Assembly: GCA_045641325.1 (NCBI GenBank)
Contig: JAZUGU010000039.1
Coordinates: forward strand, 219-64,218
Direction: 5' to 3'
From: Candidatus Avispirillum sp.
GTDB lineage: Bacteria; Bacillota; Clostridia; Oscillospirales; CAG-272
DNA: 64,000 nucleotides
This document shows positions 9,374 to 18,158 of this stretch, in pieces. The position numbers were made by a program, and so were the translations under genes. The notes beneath the pieces are model-generated. The model did no database searches. It was given only the letters and a program-made list of their open reading frames with translations, and was not told where the DNA came from. Within the stretch, counting starts at the first letter, position 1. Each line of letters starts with the position of its first letter.

Positions 9374-10051
9374 ATGGAACAGGAAAGAAAGTTCATCCCC
9401 AGATACAGCGGCACTCTACGAAGTCATATGCTTGACGTTCCCGCATCCATATACCAGTGCAGCGGCATCAGCATTTTCGGCAGGAGGATCAAGTCACTTG
9501 TGTTTTCCACCGATGTAGCCATAATCAAGAATATAAATACGGATGCCGTGATAGCGGTCTATCCGTTCACCCCTCAGCCCTCCATTTCGTCGGCGATAAT
9601 ATCTGTTGCCGATGCTCCCGTTTTTGTGGGCGTCGGCGGAGGCCTCACCTCAGGTGAAAGATCGGTGCGCCTTGCCGCGGAAGCGGAGGACAGTGGCGCT
9701 TTCGGCGTTGTGGTTAACGCCCCAATGCCCCCGGAAATCATCGAGAGGATCAAAAAGGTCGTGGATATTCCGGTGCTGGCAACGGTCGTCTCCGAAAAGC
9801 AGGATATCGATGACAGAATAAGTGCAGGTGCTGATATCCTTAACGTGTCCGCTGCTCTGAATACTCCCGCCGTTGTGGAGAGCATCAGAAAAAAGCACCC
9901 GGATATCCCTGTTATCGCCACCGGCGGCAATACTGATGAGACCATTCTCAGAACTATTGCTGCGGGGGCGAATTCCATAACTTATACCCCTCCGGCAAAC
10001 GGCGAACTGTTTGCCAAAACCATGGCAGAGTACAGGAAAAGATACGATTGA
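9374..10051 (+). CDS. TIM-barrel (phosphate-binding barrel-like) protein, function unknown
   Basis: Alternating beta/alpha pattern with VGVGGG and IATGGN glycine loops. Lies 6 nt after darA. Confidence 0.6.
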   Translation: MEQERKFIPRYSGTLRSHMLDVPASIYQCSGISIFGRRIKSLVFSTDVAIIKNINTDAVIAVYPFTPQPSISSAIISVADAPVFVGVGGGLTSGERSVRLAAEAEDSGAFGVVVNAPMPPEIIERIKKVVDIPVLATVVSEKQDIDDRISAGADILNVSAALNTPAVVESIRKKHPDIPVIATGGNTDETILRTIAAGANSITYTPPANGELFAKTMAEYRKRYD

Positions 10052-10052
10052 A

Positions 10053-10616
10053 ATGCAGAAAAAGAACAGGCTGAAACTGATATCAGAGCTTCTTCTGACC
10101 TTCATGAAAATCGGTGCTTTCACCTTCGGCGGCGGATATGCAATGATACCGCTGATACAGAAGGAGACCGCCGAGAAGAAAGGCTGGATCAGCGAGGAGG
10201 ACATACTTGACGTCGTGGCGATAGCGGAGTCCACTCCGGGACCGCTTGCGATAAATACCGCAACCTTTGTCGGATATAAGACGTGCGGCTTTTTCGGTGC
10301 CCTCGCCGCCACCTTCGGCGTGGTCTTCCCGTCGTTCATGATAATTTTCATAATATCTTTTGTGCTCCGCCAGTTTGAAAGCCTGCAGGCTGTGAAATAT
10401 GCTTTCTTCGGCATCCGTGCCGGCGTGCTGGCGCTCATATTAAAGGCACTTTGGTCAATGTATAAAAAGTGCCCGAAGGGTGCGGTATCATACGTGATCA
10501 TGGCACTCAGCTTCGCGGCGGCGACGTTTCTTGATATAAACGTCCTCTGGATCATAATAGGATGTGCCCTCATCGGGCTCGTTTCCTCCGTTATCATGAG
10601 GAGGAAAAACGTATGA
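10053..10616 (+). CDS. Chromate transporter (ChrA) family half-protein 1
   Basis: FTFGGGYAMIPLIQ and ESTPGPLAIN motifs. Multi-TM. Confidence 0.85.
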   Translation: MQKKNRLKLISELLLTFMKIGAFTFGGGYAMIPLIQKETAEKKGWISEEDILDVVAIAESTPGPLAINTATFVGYKTCGFFGALAATFGVVFPSFMIIFIISFVLRQFESLQAVKYAFFGIRAGVLALILKALWSMYKKCPKGAVSYVIMALSFAAATFLDINVLWIIIGCALIGLVSSVIMRRKNV

Positions 10617-11185
10617 TATATATCATCCTTTTCTGGACGTTCTTCAAGATCGGTGCTTTCACTTTCGGCGGCGGTTATGCAATGCTCCCGCTTATCCAGT
10701 CGGAGGTCGAAAGGATGGGCTGGATAGGGAATGCCGAGCTCATCAATTTCGTAGCCGTCAGCGAAAGCACACCGGGTCCGTTTGCTGTCAATATTTCCAC
10801 GTACGTGGGCAGAACAGTCGGCGGATTTTTCGGGGCTGTCAGCTCAACACTCGGCGTGGTAGTGCCGTCCTTCGTCATTATCCTCATCGTCGCACGGTGC
10901 TACGAAAGATTCAAGGAAAGCAAAACGGTAAAGGGCGTTATGTCGGGCCTTAAACCCGCCGTTATCGGGCTTATCGGCTCGGCGGTAGTTTCCGTTGGCA
11001 AGACGGTGCTCTTTCCCGCAGGCGTGTCGCTTTCCGTTTTCACGTCTCCCGCATTCTATATTTCTGTCGGAATAACGGCATTGTCGGTGTTCCTGTCTTT
11101 CAAAAAGACACATCCCATACTGATAATCCTTCTTTCCGCGGCAATAGGTATCGCCGCAGGATACGGATTACAACTCCCAATATAA
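10613..11185 (+). CDS. Chromate transporter (ChrA) family half-protein 2
   Basis: FTFGGGYAMLPLIQ and ESTPGPFAVN motifs. ATGA overlap with half 1. RBS gaggagg. Confidence 0.85.
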   Translation: MIYIILFWTFFKIGAFTFGGGYAMLPLIQSEVERMGWIGNAELINFVAVSESTPGPFAVNISTYVGRTVGGFFGAVSSTLGVVVPSFVIILIVARCYERFKESKTVKGVMSGLKPAVIGLIGSAVVSVGKTVLFPAGVSLSVFTSPAFYISVGITALSVFLSFKKTHPILIILLSAAIGIAAGYGLQLPI

Positions 11186-11188
11186 AAC

Positions 11189-11222
11189 GAAAAAGCCGCC
11201 CGGCAGGGCGGCTTTAGTATTT
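11189..11222. terminator. Bidirectional terminator (STAS operon / asnA)
   Basis: aagccgccc-ggca-gggcggctt flanked by A-run and T-run. Confidence 0.7.
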
Positions 11223-11225
11223 GTT

Positions 11226-12233
11226 TTACAGAAGCTTGATTCCAGCTTCAGCGCATTTTTCAACGGTTTCGCTGTCCCAGATGCTTGATTGAACCTCACC
11301 GATGTGAGCACAGCCCATCATCAGCATACACAGTCTGGACTGACCGATACCTCCGCCGATAGTAAGGGGAAGTTCGTCGTTTAAAAGCATCTTGTGGAAG
11401 GGAAGAGACCTGCGGTCATTGCACCCTGCGGCAGTAAGCTGGCGGTCAAGGGATTCCGCATCTACACGGATGCCCATGGAGGATATCTCAAGCGCACGTC
11501 CCAGCGTGTCATCCCAGAAGAAAATGTCGCAGTTCAGCTCCCAGTCGTCATAGTCGGGAGCTCGGCCGTCGTGAGGCTTGCCGGAACGCAGAGTCTTTCC
11601 TATCTGCATGATGCAGGCAGTCCTGTGATCTTTAAGATATGCGCTCTCCTTTTCGGAAGACGTCATATCGGGATACATATCCTCAAGCTCCTGCGTCGTG
11701 ATGAACGAAACGTCCGGGGAAAGATCGGTGGTCAGCTGAGGATAGCGTACACGAAGTCTGTCGTTGGTTCCGCATATGGCATTTACGATGGAACGGACGA
11801 TGAGCTTCAGATAATCGAGATTGCGGTTCTCACGGGTGATTATCTTCTCCCAGTCCCACTGGTCAACGTATATGGAGTGGATGTTGTCCAGATCCTCATC
11901 ACGCCGGATAGCATTCATGTCCGTGTAAAGACCGTTGCCAACGCTGAAATTGTAACGCTTCAGAGCGAGACGCTTCCATTTTGCGAGAGAATGTACGACC
12001 TGCGCATCGGCACCGATGGCAGGCACGTCAAAGGAAACCGGGCGCTCATAGCCGTTGAGGTTATCGTTAAGGCCGGAGGATTCCGTGACGAAAAGAGGCG
12101 CGGATACACGCTTCAGATTGAGAGCGTTCGCAAACTCGTCCTGGAAAGTATTTTTGATATATGCGATGGCACGCTGAGTGTCATATTCGTCAAGAACGGC
12201 CTTGTAGCCGTCGGGAATATATATCTTGTTCAT
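11226..12233 (-). CDS. asnA: Aspartate--ammonia ligase
   Basis: MNKIYIPDGYK...RVSAPLFV...GGGIGQSRLCM signature. ATG at 12233 is preceded by GGAGG. The ORF-track start at 12293 is upstream of the RBS. Confidence 0.9.
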   Translation of the reverse strand: MNKIYIPDGYKAVLDEYDTQRAIAYIKNTFQDEFANALNLKRVSAPLFVTESSGLNDNLNGYERPVSFDVPAIGADAQVVHSLAKWKRLALKRYNFSVGNGLYTDMNAIRRDEDLDNIHSIYVDQWDWEKIITRENRNLDYLKLIVRSIVNAICGTNDRLRVRYPQLTTDLSPDVSFITTQELEDMYPDMTSSEKESAYLKDHRTACIMQIGKTLRSGKPHDGRAPDYDDWELNCDIFFWDDTLGRALEISSMGIRVDAESLDRQLTAAGCNDRRSLPFHKMLLNDELPLTIGGGIGQSRLCMLMMGCAHIGEVQSSIWDSETVEKCAEAGIKLL

Positions 12234-12260
12234 ATGAAAACCTCCGCTGCGGATAGGGGA

Positions 12261-12289
12261 ATTATACCATACCGATACAAAATTGTCAA
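12261..12289 (-). promoter_or_regulatory. Sigma-A type promoter of asnA
   Basis: Minus strand TTGACA, 17 nt spacer, TGgTATAAT. Confidence 0.55.
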
Positions 12290-12383
12290 ACAAAATTTAA
12301 AGTGTGATCCGACATGAATTGCCGTGTGTTGACAATTAACAGTAAAAAAAGGAATATAATTGCTATTTTTGTCATATAAAGTC

Positions 12384-12412
12384 TTGAAAATGTATTTAAT
12401 ATATAGTATAAT
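12384..12412 (+). promoter_or_regulatory. Sigma-A type promoter of xpt
   Basis: TTGAAA, 17 nt spacer, TATAAT. Confidence 0.55.
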
Positions 12413-12442
12413 AAATTATAAATTTTCTTGTGTGAGGATAAG

Positions 12443-13015
12443 ATGAAGCTTCTTGAGGATCGTATAAAGAAAGACGGCATCGTCAGCGAGGGCGATGTGC
12501 TCAGCATCTCAAGCTTTCTCAATCATCAGATGGATATAGGTCTTCTCTGCGAGCTCGGACGTGAGTTCGAGAGGCTTTATCACGGAGAAAAGATCACCAA
12601 GATCCTTACCATAGAGGCATCCGGTATCGGCATCGCCTGTATTGCGGCACAGTATTTCGGCGTCCCGGTGCTTTTTGCAAAAAAAGGCCGCACCGATAAT
12701 ATCAGCACGGACGTGTATGCGACCAAGGTGTATTCGTATACCCACAAAAAAGAATACGGCGTAGTAGTATCTAAGGAATTTCTCAAAAAGGACGACAGAG
12801 TCCTCATCATCGACGACTTTCTTGCGACCGGTAACGCAGTAGTGGCACTTGCAGATCTGTGCCGCCTTGCGGGATGTGAGATCGCAGGCGTGGGTGCCGT
12901 CGTTGAAAAAAGCTACCAGAACGGCAGAGCACTGCTTGAAGAGATGGGCCTGAGAGTCGAGTCTCTCGCACGCATCAAATCCATGAGCGTGGAAAACGGC
13001 GTAGAATTCCTGTGA
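12443..13015 (+). CDS. xpt: Xanthine phosphoribosyltransferase
   Basis: MKLLEDRIKKDG..., PRPP motif VLIIDDFLATGN, about 190 aa. Confidence 0.9.
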   Translation: MKLLEDRIKKDGIVSEGDVLSISSFLNHQMDIGLLCELGREFERLYHGEKITKILTIEASGIGIACIAAQYFGVPVLFAKKGRTDNISTDVYATKVYSYTHKKEYGVVVSKEFLKKDDRVLIIDDFLATGNAVVALADLCRLAGCEIAGVGAVVEKSYQNGRALLEEMGLRVESLARIKSMSVENGVEFL

Positions 13016-13091
13016 TACTGCTTTTCATTTCCGGTTTTTATCGGGATTTTTTCCCGAAAAAATAAATTAATTTATTCGGAGGTATATCCCC

Positions 13092-14360
13092 ATGAACAGA
13101 AGAATTCTTTCCGTTCTTCTCGCGCTGGCTATGGTATTCACCATGCTCGCATTCGCTTCCTGCGGCAATGAGGCTGCACCTGAAGACAGCGAAAAGACCA
13201 CAGACACAACCGATGCAGCTCCTTTCAAGGCAGTTGAAAAGGCTGACCTCAAGATCGGTCTTATCACTCTTCACGATGACTCTTCCACCTACGACAAGAA
13301 CTTCATCGACGCTATGTACGCTGCTCTCGAGGAGCTCGGCATCGATAAGTCCCAGCTCGTTCTCTACACCGGCATCGCCGAGACCGAGGACTGCTACAAC
13401 AAGGCAAAAGACTGTGTAAACCAGGGCTGCCAGGTAGTATTCGCTGATTCCTTCGGTCATGAGGACTTCATGATCCAGGCTGCTATCGAGTTCCCCCAGG
13501 TTCACTTCTGCCACGCAACCGGCACGAAGGCTCACTCTGTCAACTATGACAACTTCTCCAACGCGTTTGCCGCTATCTACGAAGGCAGATACGCTGCAGG
13601 TATCGCTGCAGGTATGAAGCTGAACGAGATGATCGAGGCTGGCAAGATCACTGCAGAGCAGGCTGTTATGGGCTACGTTGGCGCATACACCTATGCAGAA
13701 GTTATGTCCGGATACACCTCCTTCTACCTTGGCGCGAAGTCCGTATGTCCTACCGTCACCATGAAGGTTAAGTTCACCGGTTCCTGGTATGACACCGATA
13801 AGGAAAAGGCAGCTGCAGAGGCTCTCATTTCCGAGGGCTGCGCACTCATTTCCCAGCACGCTGACTCCTACGGCGCTCCCGAGGCATGCGAGGCAGCAGG
13901 CGTTCCCAACGTTTCTTACAACGGCTCTACCATCACTGCGGGTCCCAACACCTACATCGTATCTTCCAAGATCAACTGGACTCCTTACTTCAAGTACATG
14001 ATCGAGACCACCATGGCAGGCGGCGTTATCGATAACGATTACACCGGCACCGTTGAGAGCGGTTCCGTCGAACTTCTCGAGGTAAACGAAGCTGTTGCAG
14101 CTGAGGGCACCCAGGAAGCTATCGACGAAGCTCTTGCAGCATTCAAGGCTGGCACTCTCCATGTATTCGATACCGAGACTTTCACCGTTGCAGGTGAGAA
14201 GCTCGAGTCCTACATGGCTGACGTTGATACTGATGAAGCATTCGAGAAGGACACCGAGGTTATTGCTGACGGTTACTTCCACGAGTCCGAGTTCCGTTCT
14301 GCTCCTTACTTCGACGTTGAGATCGACGGTATCGAGCTTCTGGACCGTAACTACGGCTGA
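13092..14360 (+). CDS. BMP-family (PnrA/Med-like) nucleoside-binding lipoprotein of ABC transporter
   Basis: Lipobox LAFASC and BMP-like core (GLITLHDD...GYVGAYTYAEV...SQHADS). Confidence 0.9.
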   Translation: MNRRILSVLLALAMVFTMLAFASCGNEAAPEDSEKTTDTTDAAPFKAVEKADLKIGLITLHDDSSTYDKNFIDAMYAALEELGIDKSQLVLYTGIAETEDCYNKAKDCVNQGCQVVFADSFGHEDFMIQAAIEFPQVHFCHATGTKAHSVNYDNFSNAFAAIYEGRYAAGIAAGMKLNEMIEAGKITAEQAVMGYVGAYTYAEVMSGYTSFYLGAKSVCPTVTMKVKFTGSWYDTDKEKAAAEALISEGCALISQHADSYGAPEACEAAGVPNVSYNGSTITAGPNTYIVSSKINWTPYFKYMIETTMAGGVIDNDYTGTVESGSVELLEVNEAVAAEGTQEAIDEALAAFKAGTLHVFDTETFTVAGEKLESYMADVDTDEAFEKDTEVIADGYFHESEFRSAPYFDVEIDGIELLDRNYG

Positions 14361-14375
14361 TTTGCAAACAGAATT

Positions 14376-14419
14376 GATAGCAAAGCGGGAATTCCCGCTT
14401 TGCTATCTTGTCTTTTTTT
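14376..14419 (+). terminator. Strong intra-operon hairpin/attenuator between the binding-protein and ATPase genes
   Basis: 14-bp perfect stem gatagcaaagcggg-aatt-cccgctttgctatc followed by ttgtcttttttt. Confidence 0.65.
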
Positions 14420-14445
14420 ATAAAAATCTATTCTGAGGAGTCAAG

Positions 14446-16044
14446 ATGGAAAAAGAAATAGCTCTCGAACTCCGTAATATTACTAAAAGATTCGGAACAA
14501 AGGTTGTCGCAAATAAAAACGTCAGCCTCACAGTATATAAAAATGAGATACTGTCTCTTCTGGGTGAGAACGGCTCCGGAAAGACAACGCTTATGAATAT
14601 GATCTCCGGCATCTATTTCCCCGATGAGGGCGAAATACTTGTAAACGGAGAGCCTGCCGTTATTGCCTCCCCTGCGGACGCATATAACTATAAGATCGGA
14701 ATGATCCATCAGCATTTCAAACTGGTGGAAACCTTTACCGCCGCCGAGAACATCATTCTCGGAAACGGTGAAAAATATAAACTGAAGAACGTAAATGCCC
14801 GTGTTTCCGAAATTGCGGCGAAATACGGTTTTGATATAGACCCCAAAAAGAAAATACATGAAATGTCTGTTTCCGAGAAACAGACCGTTGAGATAATCAA
14901 AGCGCTGTACAGAGGTGCGGATATCCTTATTCTGGACGAGCCCACCGCAGTGCTGACACCTCAAGAGATCGAGAAGCTGTTTGATGTGCTCCGCCGTATG
15001 AGAGATGACGGAAAAGCCGTTATCATCATCACCCATAAGCTCAACGAGGTGCTTGAGATATCCGACCGTGTCACCATTCTCCGTAAAGGCGAGTACATCG
15101 GTACCGTGCAGACAGCCGAAACCGATGAAAAAGAGCTCACGGAAATGATGGTCGGCAAAAAAGTGGACCTGAAGATCGAGCGCATAGATATCGAAAAGAA
15201 AAAGCCCCTTCTCGAGATCCGTGATCTCACCGTTAAATCCGATGCCGGGAACATTGCCATCAATAACGTCAGCTTCTATATCAGAGGCGGAGAGATCCTC
15301 GGCGTTGCGGGAATTGCAGGATGCGGACAGAAAGAACTCTGCGAGGCTATTGCCGGACTGAGAACTCCCGAAAGCGGACATATAATGCATAAGGGCGAAT
15401 CCATTGTAGGCCTGCCCGCAAGAGAGATCATCAAAAAGGGAATATCCATGAGCTTCATTCCCGAGGACCGTCTGGGAATGGGACTGGCTCCGTCCTTCTC
15501 CATGACGGACAACATGATGCTCAAAACGTATAACGACGGGATCACTCCTTTCGTGAACCGCAGAAGCGCACGTCAGAGAGCCCAGGCACTCATTGAAAAG
15601 CTGGGTATCGTCACTCCCTCAACGGAAACTCCCGTCCGCCGTCTATCCGGAGGTAACGTACAGAAGATCCTGGTCGGCCGTGAGATCGAATCCGGCCCCA
15701 ACGTTATCGTAACAGCATACCCGGTAAGAGGTCTTGATATCAATTCCTCATATCTTATTTACGATATTCTCAATGAGCAGAAAAAGAATGACGTCGGCAT
15801 TCTCTTCGTAGGCGAAGACCTTGACGTTATGCTGTCCCTCTGCGATAAGATCCTGGTCCTCTGCCACGGCGAGGTAATGGGCGTTGTCCATGCCAATAAG
15901 ACCACTAAAGAGGAGCTCGGCCTTATGATGACCGGATCTCTTGACTTAAAGCAGGAAAAGGAATACGGTAAAGCAAAAGACTCCAACCTTACCGAAGAAC
16001 AATGGAACGAAGCCAATGAGATCGCTGAAAAGGAGGACGAATGA
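14446..16044 (+). CDS. ABC transporter ATP-binding protein, duplicated ATPase (nucleoside/sugar type)
   Basis: Two ABC cassettes: GENGSGKTT...LILDEPT and LSGGNVQK.... Confidence 0.9.
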   Translation: MEKEIALELRNITKRFGTKVVANKNVSLTVYKNEILSLLGENGSGKTTLMNMISGIYFPDEGEILVNGEPAVIASPADAYNYKIGMIHQHFKLVETFTAAENIILGNGEKYKLKNVNARVSEIAAKYGFDIDPKKKIHEMSVSEKQTVEIIKALYRGADILILDEPTAVLTPQEIEKLFDVLRRMRDDGKAVIIITHKLNEVLEISDRVTILRKGEYIGTVQTAETDEKELTEMMVGKKVDLKIERIDIEKKKPLLEIRDLTVKSDAGNIAINNVSFYIRGGEILGVAGIAGCGQKELCEAIAGLRTPESGHIMHKGESIVGLPAREIIKKGISMSFIPEDRLGMGLAPSFSMTDNMMLKTYNDGITPFVNRRSARQRAQALIEKLGIVTPSTETPVRRLSGGNVQKILVGREIESGPNVIVTAYPVRGLDINSSYLIYDILNEQKKNDVGILFVGEDLDVMLSLCDKILVLCHGEVMGVVHANKTTKEELGLMMTGSLDLKQEKEYGKAKDSNLTEEQWNEANEIAEKEDE

Positions 16045-17144
16045 TGAAGACTAAACAGAAAACTCATGAGCCCCTTTTCCACGTAACGAAAAACGATGCG
16101 ATGCCCGTTAGCAAGTCCCTTGCCATCCGTGCACTTGCCGTCGTTGTCGCACTCATTATCGTCGGTATCCTCAGCGTTATCCTTATAAAGGAAAATCCGC
16201 TCAACATCTATAAAGCATTGTTTACCGGTGCCTTCATCGACGTGTGGACGCTTCTCCAGAACATAGCGCTCCTGCTCATGTTCGGCCTTGCGGTCATTCC
16301 TCCCTTCAAAATGAAGTACTGGAATATGGGAGCAAACGGACAGGTACTCGTGGGATGCCTTGCAGCGATAGCATGCATGAAATTCATCCCCGCATCATTC
16401 CCCCAGCTGTCCGATACAGTGATCATTATAATCATGATAGCTGCAAGTATTCTTGCCTCGGTTATCTGGTCCATTATCCCCGCGTTCTTCAAGGCGTATT
16501 TCAACGCAAACGAAACGCTTTTCACACTGATGATGAACTACATAGCGATTGCAGTTGTCGATTGCTTCGTGTTCAACTGGGATAAGAGCGGATCGGGAAA
16601 TATCGGTATCGTAAACCTTCTTACAAGAAGAGCATGGATCCCCACGGTTTATAATAACTACCTGCTTTCCGTTATAGTGGCAGTGGTGTTCACCGTGATC
16701 ATGTTCATCTATATGAGATATACCAAGCACGGCTTTGAGGTCGCTCTCGTCGGTGAAAGCGTGAATACCGCAAAGTACGTCGGTATCAACGTTAAAAAGG
16801 TTATCATCAGAACACTGGTATTCAGCGGTGTTATCTGCGGTGTGCTCGGCGTGCTTTACGCAGGTGCGATATCGCATACGGTAAATACCGCGGTAGGCGG
16901 CCTCGGATTCACGGCGATCCTGGTGGCATGGCTCGCAGGATTTGATCCTCTTGCAATGCTGTTCACGGCATTCTTCGTCGTGTTCCTCAATTCCGGAGCG
17001 GAAAACGTTTCCGTCGTGTTCCAGCTCAACAGTAACGACTATGCAAACATAGTCGTGGGAATTATCTTCTTCTGCGTCATCGGATGCGAATTCTTTATCC
17101 GCTACCGTATCATGCTGAATAAGAGCGGCAACCGCAATAACTGA
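16041..17144 (+). CDS. ABC transporter permease
   Basis: Multi-TM. ATGA overlap with the ATPase gene. Confidence 0.85.
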   Translation: MMKTKQKTHEPLFHVTKNDAMPVSKSLAIRALAVVVALIIVGILSVILIKENPLNIYKALFTGAFIDVWTLLQNIALLLMFGLAVIPPFKMKYWNMGANGQVLVGCLAAIACMKFIPASFPQLSDTVIIIIMIAASILASVIWSIIPAFFKAYFNANETLFTLMMNYIAIAVVDCFVFNWDKSGSGNIGIVNLLTRRAWIPTVYNNYLLSVIVAVVFTVIMFIYMRYTKHGFEVALVGESVNTAKYVGINVKKVIIRTLVFSGVICGVLGVLYAGAISHTVNTAVGGLGFTAILVAWLAGFDPLAMLFTAFFVVFLNSGAENVSVVFQLNSNDYANIVVGIIFFCVIGCEFFIRYRIMLNKSGNRNN

Positions 17145-17158
17145 AAGGAGAGAGTGCG

Positions 17159-18118
17159 ATGTTAACAACGATCATAGTAAACGCTATCCGTATGGGCACG
17201 ATCTTTCTTTTCGGATGTATCGGTGAGATCCTTACGGAAAAAGCAGGTAACTTAAACCTCGGTATCCCAGGCATCATGTGTATCGGTGCAACCGGCGGCG
17301 GCCTTGCGGTGTCACTGTATGCCGGTCATACGGCAGAGCCCAATTCCGCGATCCTCGTTATCCTTTCAGTCCTGTTCACAATGGTGTTCGCAGGTCTTGC
17401 AGGCCTTCTGTATTCGTTCCTCACGGTTTCGCTCAATGCTAACCAGAACGTTACCGGCCTTACAATGACGACCTTCGGCGTAGGCTTCATGAAATTCTTT
17501 TCCAAGAGGATCTACGACCAGAAGCTGTTCGTGTCCGTAAGCTATTGCTTCAAGAATCTGCTCGGTATGGACGGTAAAAAGGATGCCTTTTCGCAGATAT
17601 TCCTCAGCCACGGCGTTCTCGTGTATCTCGCCATCATCCTTGCGATCCTCGTAGCGCTGTTCCTAAATAAAACGAAATACGGTCTGTATCTCCGTGCCGT
17701 GGGCGAAAGCCCCGCAACGGCAGACGCCGACGGTATAAACGTTAAAAAGTATAAGTATGCATTCATAACTCTGGGCTCTGCCATCGCAGGTCTCGGCGGT
17801 CTGTATTATATTATGGACAGAAGCGCGGGAACACAGTTTGCGGAAGCGGCGATCGATTCCTTCGGCTGGCTGGCGGTTGCACTTGTAATTGCCTCTGTCT
17901 GGAAGCCTTTGTTCGCGATTGTAGGCTCATTCATTTTCGGCGGCCTTTCCATCATGGATGCACAGCTTACAACCCTGTCCCTGGCACAGCAGAAGCTGTT
18001 CGCAATCGTTCCGTTCCTTATCACGGTCATAGTGCTTATCGTGGTAAGTATGCTGAAGCTGAAAGACAATCAGCCTCCCGCATCTCTCGGCCTTCCTTAT
18101 TTCCGAGAGGACAGATAA
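17159..18118 (+). CDS. ABC transporter permease
   Basis: Multi-TM. Second permease of the BMP-type system. Confidence 0.85.
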   Translation: MLTTIIVNAIRMGTIFLFGCIGEILTEKAGNLNLGIPGIMCIGATGGGLAVSLYAGHTAEPNSAILVILSVLFTMVFAGLAGLLYSFLTVSLNANQNVTGLTMTTFGVGFMKFFSKRIYDQKLFVSVSYCFKNLLGMDGKKDAFSQIFLSHGVLVYLAIILAILVALFLNKTKYGLYLRAVGESPATADADGINVKKYKYAFITLGSAIAGLGGLYYIMDRSAGTQFAEAAIDSFGWLAVALVIASVWKPLFAIVGSFIFGGLSIMDAQLTTLSLAQQKLFAIVPFLITVIVLIVVSMLKLKDNQPPASLGLPYFREDR

Positions 18119-18121
18119 AAG

Positions 18122-18158
18122 AAAAAAATCCCCCCGACCGAGTCGGGGGGATAATTTT
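18122..18158. terminator. Bidirectional terminator
   Basis: A7-cccccgac-cgag-tcgggggg-ataatttttt. Confidence 0.7.

Noticed and set aside
9650-10597. 315-aa ORF antisense to the TIM-barrel and chrA genes
   Set aside because: It spans two well-supported plus-strand genes and their junction, and has no RBS or motifs.
12294-12442. Purine riboswitch upstream of xpt
   Set aside because: The region is AT-rich promoter sequence. I find no P1/P2/P3 arrangement and none of the conserved UAUA...UGG...CCG...ACUA core. The leader is too short.
13038-14282. 414-aa ORF antisense to the BMP lipoprotein gene
   Set aside because: It overlaps a gene with clear lipobox and BMP motifs. Its translation is low-complexity (V/G/L/S-rich) with no RBS or recognisable domain. 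This is the typical stop-poor antisense frame of a codon-biased gene.
14428-15390. 320-aa ORF antisense to the ABC ATPase
   Set aside because: The sense strand carries canonical Walker and signature motifs. The antisense product has none.
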